DNA from: Nanopusillaceae archaeon
GTDB taxonomy: Archaea > Nanobdellota > Nanobdellia > Nanobdellales > Nanobdellaceae
Direction of reading: 5' to 3'
Assembly: GCA_038735675.1 (NCBI GenBank)
Contig: JAVYNJ010000008.1
Span: forward strand, 1-23,966
DNA length: 23,966 nucleotides
Part shown: positions 23,566 to 23,966 of the stretch, one piece after another
Layout of the letters: the number at the start of each line of letters is the position of its first letter
How positions within the stretch are numbered: the first letter of the stretch is position 1
Translations under genes and position numbers: made by a program
The notes under the pieces: model-generated
What the model was told of the DNA's origin: nothing
Seen by the model: only the letters and a program-made list of their open reading frames with translations
The model's database searches: none

Positions 23566-23966
23566 ATTTTTCTTTCTTTAGGAACATAATCTTTTACTTC
23601 TTTATTCTTTACAAAGATAGTTCCCCCGAAATCATTTCCACATTTAAGTATATAAAATCCGTCGTTTACATCTACTTTATTTATTTTCATTTCATCAGAG
23701 AGATAAAATACTTTCTTTAAATCTAACTCTAAAATTTTTTTAGCTGCTAAGGGACCAAAAATTTGAGATCCTTCAATGCTAAATCTTATTTTATTTCCTT
23801 CAATTTTCATAATATATAATCCACAATTGCTAAAAGGAATTTTATCTATAAAATTTTTTAGATCTGCGTTAGCAATAAAAATTTTTCCTTCTTTATTTGA
23901 TAAAAAGATAAAATCTTCTAAATTTATATTTTCTATTCCATATTCCTTAAAAAGTTCCTTAAAAAT
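23526..23966 (-). CDS. NIP7-like ribosome-biogenesis/RNA-binding protein with PUA-type C-terminal domain; partial, N-terminus outside the window
   Basis: The track shows only the last 94 aa. Hand translation shows the frame stays open to the window edge: IFKELFKEYGIENINLEDFIFLSNKEGKIFIANADLKNFIDKIPFSNCGLYIMKIEGNKIRFSIEGSQIF.... The pattern G.y.gk....k.r.siEG... followed by a small beta-rich domain resembles archaeal NIP7 homologues. Confidence 0.55.
   Translation of the reverse strand: MFKELFKEYGIENINLEDFIFLSNKEGKIFIANADLKNFIDKIPFSNCGLYIMKIEGNKIRFSIEGSQIFGPLAAKKILELDLKKVFYLSDEMKINKVDVNDGFYILKCGNDFGGTIFVKNKEVKDYVPKERKIYGDGTCMNEGNI

Overview
Very AT-rich, extremely gene-dense archaeal chromosome segment. 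All calls rest on motif recognition in the translated ORFs; no homology search was possible. Content is mostly core information processing: initiator tRNA-Met, Alba, eS17, aIF2-gamma, an Fcf1-like PIN protein, two Obg/DRG-type GTPases, TFE-alpha, aRF1, class I CCA-adding enzyme, RadB, NreA, RIO kinase, TatD, HIT, Dph2, two PUA-domain proteins and a uL4-uL23-uL2-uS2 block. Spacers are tiny or negative, several convergent genes overlap at their 3' ends, some proteins are shortened, and the conserved ribosomal operon is broken. This style fits a reduced DPANN/Nanoarchaeota-type genome, but that taxonomic reading is inference. The best candidate for an undescribed system is a minimal type IV filament module at 7131-12817. 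It has a 741-aa secretion ATPase with large N- and C-terminal extensions, translationally coupled to a 672-aa FlaJ/TadC-like platform protein. Diverging from them are two coiled-coil proteins and a Cys-rich membrane-anchored protein, with no pilin, archaellin, FlaH/F/G or prepilin peptidase visible. A second, orphan FlaJ-like gene lies 10.5 kb away (21913-23565). Other items worth checking: a candidate C/D box sRNA at about 1821-1876; a TATA box at leaderless spacing upstream of the tRNA; a Dph2 lacking its first Fe-S ligand domain (possible split gene); and a small family of coiled-coil proteins with similar MI[DS] N-termini. No CRISPR array, mobile element, rRNA or evidence of stop-codon reassignment was seen.
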